Assembly (NCBI GenBank): GCA_951406725.2
Contig: OX597816.1
Coordinates: forward strand, 151,714,001 to 151,778,000
Origin: Octopus vulgaris
Lineage: Eukaryota
DNA: 64,000 nt
Reading direction: 5' to 3'
Positions 29,733 through 39,125 of this stretch are shown here, piece by piece; within the stretch, counting starts at the first letter, position 1; the number at the start of each line of letters is the position of its first letter. The translations under genes and the position numbers were made by a program. Under the pieces are notes generated by a model. The model was not told the DNA's origin. It searched no databases and was given only the letters and a program-made list of their open reading frames with translations.

Positions 29733-30666
29733 CCATAGCTTAAATATATAACAACGGACAGGACTTTTGAAATCAGCAACCCAAGAATTACCAAGTCATT
29801 GAGTAAAAAATATTAAGCTGACCAGAGTGAGGAGATCCTCGAAAGACGACTACCGTACCTCTTATCTCTCGATATCTTACTGTGATGTTATTAACAGATA
29901 GAATTTTCAATTCTTTTTAAAAAATATCTTAGCTTAGAATAATATCATACAAGCTGAGTTTTTTTTCTTTTTCTACTTTCAAACCTTCTTTAAGACATTC
30001 TTAGGCTACAAGATGTTTAATCAATATAACAAAAGCATTCAAGTGCAAAGAAAACGAAAATTAACAGCATATTTCTTTTAGCTATTTCCATTAATGGGAC
30101 AGTGATATATAGTTAAAATACTGTAATGAAAACTATCATTAAGGTGGCTATTAAACCCCCAAATCCGAGGACCCAAACCGGAGATGGCTAGCACTTGCAG
30201 CTTAAAAATTCTCCACTATCGAAGTAAATATGAAGGGGCAAATGCCGAATATAAATATTAAAACATTTGAGAGAGATATACAATAAACTGTGAACAATAA
30301 AAAATAAAATGAAACAAAACTTTGAATAACTTTGTTAGAGTTCGAGGTATATAAAAGGGTGGGGTAATTGGTCTATGACCCAAAATAGAGAACTATTTGC
30401 TTGGGGAAGCAGTTCTAAAAATCATTTTACATAAATAATTAGATATGCTAGCTACACTTTTTAATTTATTTTATTACAATTGATTTTAGAAAGACCTTAT
30501 CAACTCACCAGAGGATAAGTTTTGCGTTTAAGTCATTCCGACAGGGAAAATGGGATTTTTTTACATCTTCTGGTTTTTCTTCATCGTCAGTCAGGAGCTG
30601 GGTGAAATTCCACCTGGTTAAGTCTGCAATGTCAACAACATCCTTTTTCTGTCCAAGGGGTTCCAT
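161..30666 (-). CDS. GDAP2: GDAP2 homolog (macro domain + CRAL-TRIO/BCH), gene span; 8 coding exons in window, 3' end beyond left edge
   Basis: join(30666-30509,15102-14960,12400-12247,8468-8380,6957-6878,4664-4502,3417-3237,314-161) = 1122 nt, open frame, all GT-AG. Peptides MEPLG, LILWKGD, TGEARLSKG..YVIHTVGPRY, RGYP..GAHLAIRTVRRFLE, LYFPR..IGNEEGEPVIPERKIRI and YQTGVD match recalled vertebrate GDAP2. Confidence 0.96.
1029..1274 (+). mobile_element. Fragment of the RTE 3'UTR / SINE family (GGCGTTAGGAAGGGCATCCAGC motif)
   Basis: Matches copies at 12522, 16588 and 44790; flanked by a 38-bp direct repeat. Confidence 0.85.
3237..3417 (-). CDS. GDAP2: GDAP2 coding exon 7 (linker)
   Basis: TQGKEFDETIDLNQEFRSPDGPEVGRHPFAQMKEDKDKERLTSLQCKPSVEQREKEKVKQ (compare GSHAFARMEGDIDKQR); tttccag / gtgagt; phase 1 to 2. 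Confidence 0.9.
4502..4664 (-). CDS. GDAP2: GDAP2 coding exon 6
   Basis: EVYQQLMPLYFPRNWKEEMEARNYLPENIGNEEGEPVIPERKIRIIDKPAFAAL; ctctag / gtaagt; 163 nt. Confidence 0.95.
6878..6957 (-). CDS. GDAP2: GDAP2 coding exon 5
   Basis: RTVRRFLEKFGSNFETIIFVTADEEVM; tctccag / gtaagg. Confidence 0.95.
8380..8468 (-). CDS. GDAP2: GDAP2 coding exon 4 (macro domain)
   Basis: EHNIQSVGICPIHSSQRGYPLIDGAHLAI; ctacag / gtgagt; 89 nt. Confidence 0.95.
10772..11772 (-). mobile_element. 5'-truncated RTE-clade LINE: end of ORF, 3'UTR and (TGA)n tail
   Basis: ORF 11437-11772 RIRIAWAKFRKLLPLL..LSLRVKGRLYDACVR..MLHGCEIW..LERNE is typical of the RTE RT C-terminus; it runs into a UTR with internal tandem units and a (TGA)n tail. 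Confidence 0.88.
12247..12400 (-). CDS. GDAP2: GDAP2 coding exon 3 (macro domain)
   Basis: GFKTGEARLSKGHKLLSRYVIHTVGPRYNVKYTTAAESALYNSYRNVLQVAL; ttttcag / gtaagt; 154 nt. Confidence 0.96.
12522..12765 (-). mobile_element. RTE 3'UTR / SINE copy nested in a tRNA-SINE
   Basis: (CAT)n-CGTTTAACGTCCG..GGATGCCCTTCCTAACGCCAACC; host SINE resumes at about 12767. Confidence 0.85.
12767..13385 (-). mobile_element. Head-to-tail cluster of tRNA-derived SINEs (Meta/MESC-like central domain)
   Basis: Repeated CTGGTACTTAATT-ATCGACCCCGAAAGGATGAAAGGCAAAGTCGACC..GAATTTGAACTCAGAAC (reverse B-box GTTCAAAT); the domain name is from recall. Confidence 0.8.
13387..13985 (-). mobile_element. 5'-truncated RTE LINE 3' end
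   Basis: Colinear with 10772-11415, including the ORF end and (TGA)n tail. Confidence 0.85.
14960..15102 (-). CDS. GDAP2: GDAP2 coding exon 2 (macro domain)
   Basis: KGDMLQLNVHAVVHPTNENFSEKYALTAHLLKEAGPDMLTDINTNIR; ttttcag / gtcagt. Confidence 0.94.
15181..15395. mobile_element. Degenerate piggyBac-like MITE
   Basis: Starts TTAA-CCCTTTAGCATT; right end decayed. Confidence 0.4.
15485..18555 (+). mobile_element. Decayed Ty3/gypsy (Mag-like) LTR retrotransposon, 3'-truncated
   Basis: 5' LTR TGTTG..TAACA 15485-15740; PBS TGGCGACAAGGAT 15743-15755; gag with CYGCGG knuckle; protease LQLDTSSDISII; RT start VDYSTWMAPTVCIKK..FSTGLND; integrase HHCC region QIHSG..VRTCRGC and P*SRLHID; many stops and frameshifts. 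Confidence 0.9.
16588..16850 (-). mobile_element. RTE 3'UTR / SINE copy inserted in the gypsy gag zinc knuckles
   Basis: Family motif with (CAT)n tail; gag resumes with KLGHKSSHC. Confidence 0.85.
21360..21722 (-). mobile_element. tRNA-derived CORE-type SINE plus adjacent SINE fragment
   Basis: Minus strand: TGTGTTGTAACTAGC..GGGTTCAGTCC (A/B boxes), CCTTGGGCAAGTGTCTT core; related copies near 2030, 28135, 40790, 47765 and 57290. Confidence 0.75.
22630..23270 (-). mobile_element. Cluster of degenerate tRNA-SINE copies
   Basis: At least three GATTTGAACTCA..CTGCCAGCTCA heads in tandem. Confidence 0.7.
23272..23755 (+). mobile_element. 5'-truncated RTE-type LINE 3' end (second family)
   Basis: KIWSSNLSRDFKLKIFKATV..LYGSETW..RLLMRAQNLSW..RR.LFAGHC; ends in (TGA)n. 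Confidence 0.85.
24005..24456. repeat. Insertion with two interlocked inverted repeats and a 12-bp flanking duplication
   Basis: 24005-24083 is inverted at 24320-24398; 24256-24321 is inverted at 24388-24455; CAAATATTCTGT at 23995-24006 and 24457-24468. Confidence 0.85.
27858..28090 (+). mobile_element. Near full-length tRNA-derived SINE (Meta/MESC-like)
   Basis: CTGGCAGAATCATTAGC..GTCGACTTTGCCTTTCATCCTTTCGGGGTCGAT..GGGCAATAAAGAAATAA. Confidence 0.85.
30509..30666 (-). CDS. GDAP2: GDAP2 coding exon 1 (start codon)
   Basis: MEPLGQKKDVVDIADLTRWNFTQLLTDDEEKPEDVKKSHFPCRNDLNAKLILW; gtgagt donor; phase 2. Confidence 0.94.
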
Positions 30667-31129
30667 AATTGACAAAACTAATTTGAACAAGTTTTCCTTT
30701 TGACAGTTTTTTTTCCTTTGTTTTTGTTGTTTCTTTTTAAAAAATGGGTAACTTTCGATGCCGTCAATGTATGAAACTTGAACCACTTCTAATTTAAACA
30801 ATAAAAAACGAAGTCATGAATGGATAGTTGCATATGAATAATTGAAGATACTAAATTAAAAATTTAGAAAGTAAGTAAATAATAAAAGTATTAATGTAAC
30901 AACAGAGAATAAACAAGATAGTTGAAATTTATCGGCATCAAGTTATTTTAGTATATTTAGAAACTAAACTACAATATACATCCATATGCGACCATTTTTG
31001 TTGTAGAATAGAATGTCTACTAAATCTTTTGCCTTATCCAAATGATTTTAGGGAATAAGTAAATAGTAGGGTGTGAAAGACAGTGCTACTAAAGGTTGTA
31101 AATGAAGCAACCCAAGTTAAATATTTTAA

Positions 31130-31430
31130 GTCCACACCGCCATGTTTACCTCATGTGACTAATTGAACCTCCTTTAACGTCAAATTTCCGTGTTTACGAT
31201 ATTTTAAAAATTATTATTCTTGATAAAGCACAGTGATTATCGACAAATCAGCATATCAAAGATTTTATTATTACAAATTCTACAGCTAAGCATTTATTAT
31301 AGCACAAGAAATTCTTTCTCAATACGCTTTACATTTGTCCTTTTTTTTTCAACGTTGTAAGTGGCCACGCCTCTTGAGAAAATGTTCAGAGCGGTAAAGA
31401 ATTCCGATACGAATGTCTTAAAGCATGCAA
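31130..31430 (-). promoter_or_regulatory. Candidate GDAP2 promoter and non-coding first exon
   Basis: Locally higher CpG; minus-strand donor GAG|GTAAAC at 31150/31149 overlapping a YY1-like CCGCCATGTT; GGCCACGCC GC-box-like site near 31363; possible acceptor near 30788 upstream of the ATG. Confidence 0.4.
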
Positions 31431-32057
31431 TTGCTACAACGGCAAATCATGAAGTTGAGATTTTCATTTCTGTATAATGCATGTGTTGGTTACAAATATG
31501 ATTAAAATCTAGTTTTCCGTTACTGTATATGGCTTTTGCTTGGAATGTATCATGTATTCCCTATGAATAGTCGCACACGCATACATATTTACGTAAGGCA
31601 TATGTATAGTTTGGCGTCCCAAATATTCATAAGGCATAGCTACAGTTTAATGTCCCCAGGGTAATAACGTTATTAACGAAGGGAGGGGAAAGAACTGAAA
31701 TTTCTTCTAAAAGATTTCCTTTTCCTAAATTTTATCAAGATCGATATCTACACCCTCCTAAATGTATCTCTCAAAATTTTTTTGAAAAATACTCTTTCAA
31801 AAGAGGTATAAAATTGGGGGCAAGTGTTTTCTACAATAGCTCTAGGCCGACCAGTCTTGTGAGTACTTGTATAGATTTGTTCAACTAAAATTCTTCCAGC
31901 TAATGCCCCAACATATGCTATTCCAACTGTAAAGTGGTTGGAAGGGCATCCATCCAAGGAAGCAATATCAAAGCCGACATTGAAATACAACACAGTCCTC
32001 TGAGTCACTGGATCTTGTCAAACTGGTCAACTCATCAGCATGGAAGACAGACAGTAA

Positions 32058-32058
<1 letters not shown>

Positions 32059-32118
<60 letters not shown>
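32059..32118. repeat. (TA)n microsatellite
   Basis: About 30 perfect units. Confidence 0.95.
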
Positions 32119-32122
<4 letters not shown>

Positions 32123-32181
32123 TTTTTGGTTACCTTTGGATTAACTGGTGCTATGAGCCCATAGGACCACTCTCTTATATT

Positions 32182-32213
<32 letters not shown>

Positions 32214-32439
32214 GTTATAAAATGAGGGTTGAATGGTGTATTAAAGTATTGATTGGGTATCATCTGATAGTTGATGTTTTATTGATTTAAGTATGTTTCT
32301 CCATTCTCTAATTTTGTAGTATATATATATATATATATATATTTAGATAAAGATAGTTATGGCCAGTCTGTGGAGGTACCCAGGGTTTTGTGTCCATAAA
32401 GTGCTTAACTTTATGTCTTGTCAAACCCTAATGGCTGGT

Positions 32440-33760
32440 GGTTATAGGCCACTGACTCAACTGATGTTCATGAAACCAGTTAGAAAATATTACAAAGAAC
32501 TGAGTATTGATGGTGTGTGTGGATATTCAGACAGTTGGCTGCAGAACTTTAAGAAGCATCTGGTATAAAAGTAAAATATCTGAAAATCCGTGGTGGAAAG
32601 GTTTTCTGCCGATTATGTTGGAGATGAAGGTTACATTGATGAATTTGCCAGTGCAGAAGAAATTTTCAATGCAGATAAAATACTCTACTGGTGCTATGTT
32701 CCTAGAAAAACATTAACAATTAGCGAGAGAACATCAACAGGTTTGAAAAATGCTAAGAATAGGGTGAGTATTCTTGCAAGTGCCAATACTGCAGGCACAC
32801 ACAAGTTCAAATTGGTGGTTGAAGTTGGAAAAAGGTAAAAACCAGGATGTTTTAAAGCTGCACAAAATATACCTATACATTATTGCACAAATAAGAAGAT
32901 ATAAATGTTTACTAATTGGTTCAATACCCACTTTGTACCACTAGAAGTTTATGGTTGGCTCATTGTTGGGAAGCTGGGCTGGAAGAGAACTAAAATTTTA
33001 TTGGTCCTAGACAACTGCTCAGTACACCACCTCCTGAACTTCTGAAAAATAATGTTTCTTATTTCTTTATTGCCCACAAGGGGCTAAACATAGCGGGGAC
33101 AAACAAGGACAGACAAAGGGATTAAGTCAATTACATCGACCCCAGTGTGTAACTGGTACTTAATTTATTGACCACAAAAGGATGAAAGGCAAAGCCGACC
33201 TCAGCGGAATTTGAACTCAGAATGTAACGGCAGGCGAAATACTACTAAGCGTTTCACCCAGCGTGCTAACGATTCTGCCAGCTCACCGCCTTAATGTTTC
33301 TGGCATTTATTTTCTTCCCAGTGTGGCATCTTTAGTGCAGCCTTGTAAGCAAGATATTTTACTATTCATGAAAACCAAACTGTATGCTTGATGCTGTCAA
33401 AAGAAGTGTAAGACTTCAAAACTTCCTTGTTGATGCTTGGGAAAATGTTACTAAATCAGCATTAAAAAATGCTTTGCCCAAACTTTGGCCTACAACTATC
33501 TTCAATGAAAAGAAACATACCTTCAATGAAACTGAACCTCAAGTTGACTTTAAAAATTCTGTGTGAATGTTATCAGCTAAATGTATAAATAAGTTAGAAG
33601 CAGCTGAAATCAAAGAAGTGCTGAACATTGATATTACTGCACCAGTTGTGCATTCCTTGAATGATAGAGAAATGGCTGAAATGATTTTAAATAAAGATCA
33701 ACATGGAGACAGTGGTGATGAAAACAATGACATTGTGAACACAAGTGAAAGTGAGCAATC
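32440..33760 (+). mobile_element. Tigger/pogo transposase fossil
   Basis: YSDSWLQNFKKH (CENP-B HTH), EEIFNADKI.YW..PRKTL..GLKNAKNRVSILASAN.AGTHKFKL.V.GK, ILLVLDNCS.H, SLVQPC.Q, AWENVT..ALKNA..KLWP; broken frames. Confidence 0.88.
33060..33291 (-). mobile_element. Full-length tRNA-SINE inserted in the Tigger fossil, 10-bp TSD
   Basis: GGCGGTGAGCTGGCAGAATCGTTAGC head; TSD TAATGTTTCT at 33050-33059 and 33292-33301. Confidence 0.9.
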
Positions 33761-33764
33761 AGTT

Positions 33765-33990
33765 AAATGCTGGCATGGAATAACATGCATCTGAAAGTAC
33801 TGATGTGAATGACATGGCACACCTAGCAATTGTTGCAAGATACTGTGACAATGATTGTATTTATGAAGAATTATGTTGTTTGATTCCTCTTACCAATACA
33901 ACTACAGGACAGGACACTCCGACTGCATTTGTAAATTAATTTGAAAATCAAGCCATTAATATAAATAAAATATTTTGTATTACTACAAAA
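33765..33990 (+). mobile_element. hAT (Charlie/SPIN-like) transposase fragment
   Basis: ESTDVNDMAHLAIVARYCDNDCIYEELCCLIPLTNTTTGQD matches the DESTD..AQL..F.RY..EE.L..TTG.D pattern. Confidence 0.8.
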
Positions 33991-34265
33991 TGATGATAAT
34001 AATTTGGTCACACTACAAAATGATGATAATAATTTGGTCACACTACAAAATCAATTAATTTTGTGACAAGGCAAGTTTTTTTTAGATCTGAATGGGTACA
34101 TGTCTCATACACTTTCCTGACTTTTTGTACATAATTCTATGTACTGTACATGCACGATTGATGAGTTGTAGTGCGCCTGAGCACTATACACAATAATTTC
34201 ATTATATCATATTATATATTATGAGAATTTCTTTTTAAACACTATACACAATAATTTCATTATAT

Positions 34266-34413
34266 CATCATCATCATCATCATCATCGTTTAGCGTCCGT
34301 TTTCCATGCTAGCATGGGTTGGACGGTTCTACTGGGGTCTGTGAAGCCAGAAGGCTTCATCAGGCCCAGTCAAATCTGGCAGTGTTTCTACGGCTGGATG
34401 CCCTTCCTAACGC
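34266..34413 (-). mobile_element. Short RTE 3'UTR / SINE copy
   Basis: (CAT)n tail and family motif. Confidence 0.8.
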
Positions 34414-34437
34414 CATATTATATATTATGAGAATTTC

Positions 34438-34770
34438 TTGGTAAACACCCACAAAGTTATCAACCACCTCACCAACAACAACACTGAACACCTTTTTGAT
34501 CTCCATGTGTCTAACACACGTGGACATGCCTACAAAGTCAGAAAACAATACAGCTCCCATGAATTTCGGAAACATTTTTTCACGCTCAGAGTTGCTGAAG
34601 CATGGAATAAACTGCCTGCGTCAGTTGTTGACTGCCATGACACTGCATCTTTTAAGGCCCTCATGCTTTCCGAAATCCGCCGAAACTACACCTGATTATA
34701 TATACACTTTAGATGAGTTGTAATGCACCTGAGCACTGTACACAATTATTATTATTATTATTATTATTAA
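34438..34770 (+). mobile_element. CR1/L2-type LINE 3' end
   Basis: NTRGHAYKV..FRKHFFTLRVAEAWNKLPASVV..ASFK, then short UTR and (ATT)n tail. Confidence 0.88.
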
Positions 34771-34877
34771 AGAGATTTTCACAAAGCTCTGTCTAGTGTT
34801 TAGTTTACTGGCAGCCCATTACTGCCATGTTACCTTTTTGTAGATAAATGAAGGGTAGCTAATTATTCTCTCTAGAG

Positions 34878-35096
34878 CAGTGCTTTTCAAACGTTTTGCT
34901 GGAGCGGAACCCCAAGGAAACATTCCACTGGCTCGAGGAACCCCTGTGCAATAATTTAATAGTCTTATGCACACATATCTGCACAGGAGAATTAAAAATT
35001 ACTGCCGATTTTAGCAGTTTTGTAACTTCTTGCAGAACCCCTGGACTGTACTGGCGGAACCCTAAGGTTCCGCAGAACCCTGGTTAAAAACCACTG
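34878..35096. mobile_element. hAT/Charlie-type MITE with perfect 8-bp TSD
   Basis: CAGTGCTTTTCAA...TTAAAAACCACTG termini; TSD CTCTAGAG on both sides; internal GCGGAACCC motifs. Confidence 0.92.
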
Positions 35097-36083
35097 CTCT
35101 AGAGCAAGACACCTTTGCTTGTCCCTGGCATAAAAATTATCTCTCCACCCTCTCAAATAACCCCATGCCACTTAGTCATGAGAGTTTTTCCTTTTTCTTC
35201 TTCTTTCCTCTCTTGCAATAGTTCTGATGGTACAAAAAAGTTACTTAGTACACGCTGTAAAGTGGTTGGCATTCAGAAGGATATCCAGCTGTAGAAACTC
35301 TGGCAAAGTAGATGTGGTGTATGATTCAGCCCTGTGGCTCATTGTATCCTGTCAAACCAACCAACCCATGCTAACATGGAAAACGGATGTCAAATGATGA
35401 TGATGATAATAATTTGGTCAGATTAGTGTGCATAACTCAGAGAGGAAGGGAGAAAGAGTGAGTGAGTGAGAGAGAGAGAGAGTATAAGTAGTAAGTGATT
35501 GAACATTTTAAAAGATTATCAGCAGATGCGAAGAACAAAAGTTTATTTACTCATTGATAAGATTAGATAAATTAGCATTCTTTTTTTTTTTTCCAAGCTT
35601 GTCAAAGTCATGTGTATTTCAAAATTAAACATTTGCAAGCATGAAATGCTGGAACAAATATTTTACATTACTGCTGGTGATGGAAGAGATATCTATTTTC
35701 AGTCAGTTTGACTCTATAAAAGAATGAGCCAATGAGAAAGCATCTGTGTTGTTATTCAACTTGTAACATTTAAGTATCTTTCAACAAACCATCCCTACAT
35801 TATTCCACCAGCATTCTAACTGTGCTTTTTCTGTATTGCTTTTTTTTCTTCTTTTTTCTAGTAACATACATCTAGGCTGCATTACTTGGTGTGACCTTCA
35901 TTTTCGAAAACTTCAGATCGATTTAGCAGCTATTTCTAGCAGGTCAAGTGATCTTGCTTGCCTCTAAAGTAGCTGCTGCCACTGCCACCACCACCACCAC
36001 CACCACCACTACCATCACCACTACAATCTACTACCATTACCACTGCCAGTAGCAGTAGTGCTGATACCAAAAACAGACTAGAC

Positions 36084-37972
36084 CAGTGGTTTCTGACCGA
36101 TTTTTGGTCATGCCCCACCAAATCATTTCTAAAAGCCTAATACCTCCTTGTGATATTTAATTTTTGTTATTCAAAATTTGGTTAATGTTTACAATGTTAC
36201 TTTAAAACAAAATTTAAAAAATAATGCAAAGGATGTAAAAGAAATGTGTAGGAAACGAACATGAAAAGAAAAAGCCCCAATGCATGGAAAGCATCGGAGG
36301 CAGGAGGACTTTGGAAAATTCACAAGATCCAAGTTTTTCCTTCATAACTTTTAGGAAATTTTATATAAATACCTTTCAACCGGCATAGATTACGATTATA
36401 AAGAAATTAGTGGGAAAATCTTTTCTGAGGGAGAAGACTTCGGACTTCGGAAAATTCACAAGGTCCGAGTTTTTCGCCCATAACTTGGTGACTGTTTATC
36501 ATGGACAGTGGGTATAAATAACAATTTTAAATATTCCTCTGAATATTGATGCACTTTTTTTTACTCATTTTATGTATTTTTGAATCGGCATAACTACAGA
36601 TTTCTGCACCCCCGACTTTAGATGATCATAACTTTCAGAAAAATGGATATTTTTTATTAAATTGTCTATGAATATGTGTTATATCATGTAGATTCCGAAT
36701 ATACAAAATTAATTTAGGAGGGTTTAGGATGGGGAATTTCGGAATATTCACCGAAGTCCACTTCAATTCGTCTTAACTTTCAAGAAAATGGATATTTTTT
36801 AATGAAATTCTCTACAAATATACCTCAGATTATGTAGAGGACATAGGAATTTTGGGGGAAAACAATTGGGGGCTATTTTTGAGAACTGGTCTCCACTCGC
36901 GGGTATTTCTGAACAAGTTGTTCATATTTGTTTCATTTTCTCCATTTTGTGCGTTTGTGCATCCGTAGATTTTTTTCTACCCCCCCCCCCATGTATATGC
37001 AATTAAAAAAGTGATCTTTTTGGTTTGAACAGCAGTTTTTTAAAATAATTTCCATGTAACTGAACACTTTTAAACTTCGTATACTGGTAGAATGTGTTTA
37101 TAAAACATCTTTTTCTCTTGGCTTTATTGAGAAAATTCTATAGTTTGTAAGATATTTGTTGTTTTTTTTCTTCAATTTCTGCAATTTCAACCAATCAATG
37201 ACGTCTATTGAGGTAAAAAATATTCTGTGCCATATGAATATGTCCCTCGTTTAAGAAACAGATTGGGTTTATTTATATTTGTGCAGAAAAAAGATACCCT
37301 TCCACCCACCCCTAACCCTAACCCTAAAACAGATTGAAATGCAATAGATCGATACTAGGGTCATAAATATAGGTGACAATTTCATATGACACCGCTAGAA
37401 AAAACTGCCGTTCAAACCGAAAAGATCCCACTTCTATATTTAACTATGTGTGTATATTCCTTATTTTTGCTTCTGGTGTCTTCTGCCTTTATATTAGGAA
37501 CGTTTACCTGGGAATTTATTTAAAGTGAAAAAAAATCGTATGCAACAAATAAGTTGTCTTAATAACATATTTCTGTGTACCAGACCTTTAGTTGTTTTTA
37601 GCATGTGTTTTCTGGTAAGGGCTTCATTTGTCTTCATTGCCTGTTTGTTGCTTCAATAGAAATCTACGGATGCACAAATGCACAAAACGGAGAAAATGCA
37701 ACAAATATGCACTTGTTCAGAAACACCCACGAGTAGGGAACAGTTCTCAAAAACAGGCCCCAATTGTTTTCCCCCAAAAATGCCTATGTACTCAGAATCT
37801 ACATGAATTTGTTTTTTTTTGTAATAATTCATTCTCGAATTTCCCCCTTTCTCTATTGGTATACTAAACATTGTGCACAAAAGGTATAAATTCAACATAA
37901 TCCTATGCATGCCTCACCAAAATATTACCATGCTCCACCAGTGGGGCATGTGTCCCACATTGGGAATTGCAG
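36084..37972. mobile_element. Old hAT MITE expanded by nested insertions
   Basis: CAGTGGTTTCTGA..ATGCCCCAC left end; GTGGGGCAT..TTGGGAATTGCAG right end; TSD GACTAGAC / GAATAGAC. Confidence 0.65.
37011..37429. mobile_element. MITE with about 31-bp TIRs and internal (CCCTAA)3
   Basis: GTGATCTTTTTTGGTTTGAACAGCAGTTTTTT versus reverse complement GGGATCTTTTCGGTTTGAACGGCAGTTTTTT. Confidence 0.85.
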
Positions 37973-38689
37973 GAATAGACAATAGAAAGAAAAGGCAACA
38001 TGCTCAGACTGTGCAATATCACTAGAAGCCTGTTGTGTGTGTATATGTGTGTGTGTGTTTTAATATTGCCTGATGGTTGTAAATGAGTGCCATTGTCTTA
38101 CAAGTCATTCACTTCCAATCTTCCATGAAAACCTGTCTAGCTACGGAGAAGTATTACCTTACTTGGAAATAGGTGAAGGTTTGTGACAGGTAGGGCATCA
38201 ATCCATAGAAATCTGCCTCAATAAATTCCGTGTAACCCATGCAAGCATGAGTAAGTGGATGCTAAAATGATGTTGACAACGATGATGATGTCATGGAAAA
38301 AAAGAAAAAAAACAGGATGTGAATTTATCTAATCTTATCTAAAAAAACAATATAACTTTTGTTCCCGAGAACTCTGGATAATTTTAAAAATTGTCTAATC
38401 ATTTGTTACTTATACTCTCTTTCTCTCTCTCTCTATTCATTTCATAAATCACTGTAGGTTTGAGTGTACAGTGTGGTGTACAGTAAGGTGCAGGCCTAGA
38501 CTATCTGGAACAATGGACCTGTGAATAGTAGTAGTAGTATGGAAGTATACATTGTAGTAGCACATTGCTGCATTCACCATTTGTTGGTGATTCTTTATTA
38601 CTCCTGACAGATGACACCTTTCCACCATCAGGCAACAACCCTTTAACCCATGTGTCTGTTTGGGTAGTCATTGCTGGTGAAAGTTTTAA

Positions 38690-39125
38690 AAATAATAATA
38701 ATAATAATAATAATAAACATTGTGTACAGTGCTCAGGTGCACTACAACTCATCCAAAGTGCATATATAATCAGGTGTAGTTTCGACGGATTTCGGAAAGC
38801 ATGAGGGCCTTAAAGGATGCAGTGTCATGGCAGTCAACAACTGACACAGGCAGTTTATTCCATGCTTCAGCAACTCTGAGCGTGAAGAAATGTTTCCGAA
38901 AGTCATGGGAGCTGTGTTGTTTTCTGACTTTGTAGGCATGTCCACGTGTGTTAGACACATGGAGATCAAAAAGGTGTTCAGTGTTGTTATTGGTGAGGTA
39001 GTTGACAACTTTGTGGGCGTTTACCAAGTCCGTCGCTTCAGTGAATCCATGCCCAGGGAAGCAAGGTGCTCAGAATATGGTAGGTGTCTGATGGAGGGTA
39101 TGCGTTTGGTTGCATGTCTGAGGTA
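38690..39125 (-). mobile_element. CR1/L2-type LINE 3' end, inverted sister of 34438-34770
   Basis: ORF 38770-39027 nearly identical to 34438-34695; (ATT)n tail. Confidence 0.88.

Noticed and set aside
30667-30801. N-terminal extension of GDAP2 shown in the ORF track
   Set aside because: Starts at a non-ATG codon in low-complexity sequence; homology begins at MEPLG
33200-33291. tRNA genes at GTTCAAAT / GTTCAGTCC boxes
   Set aside because: They are SINE heads followed by SINE body, with no complete cloverleaf
37309-37327. (CCCTAA)3 as a telomere or fusion site
   Set aside because: Only three units, inside a MITE
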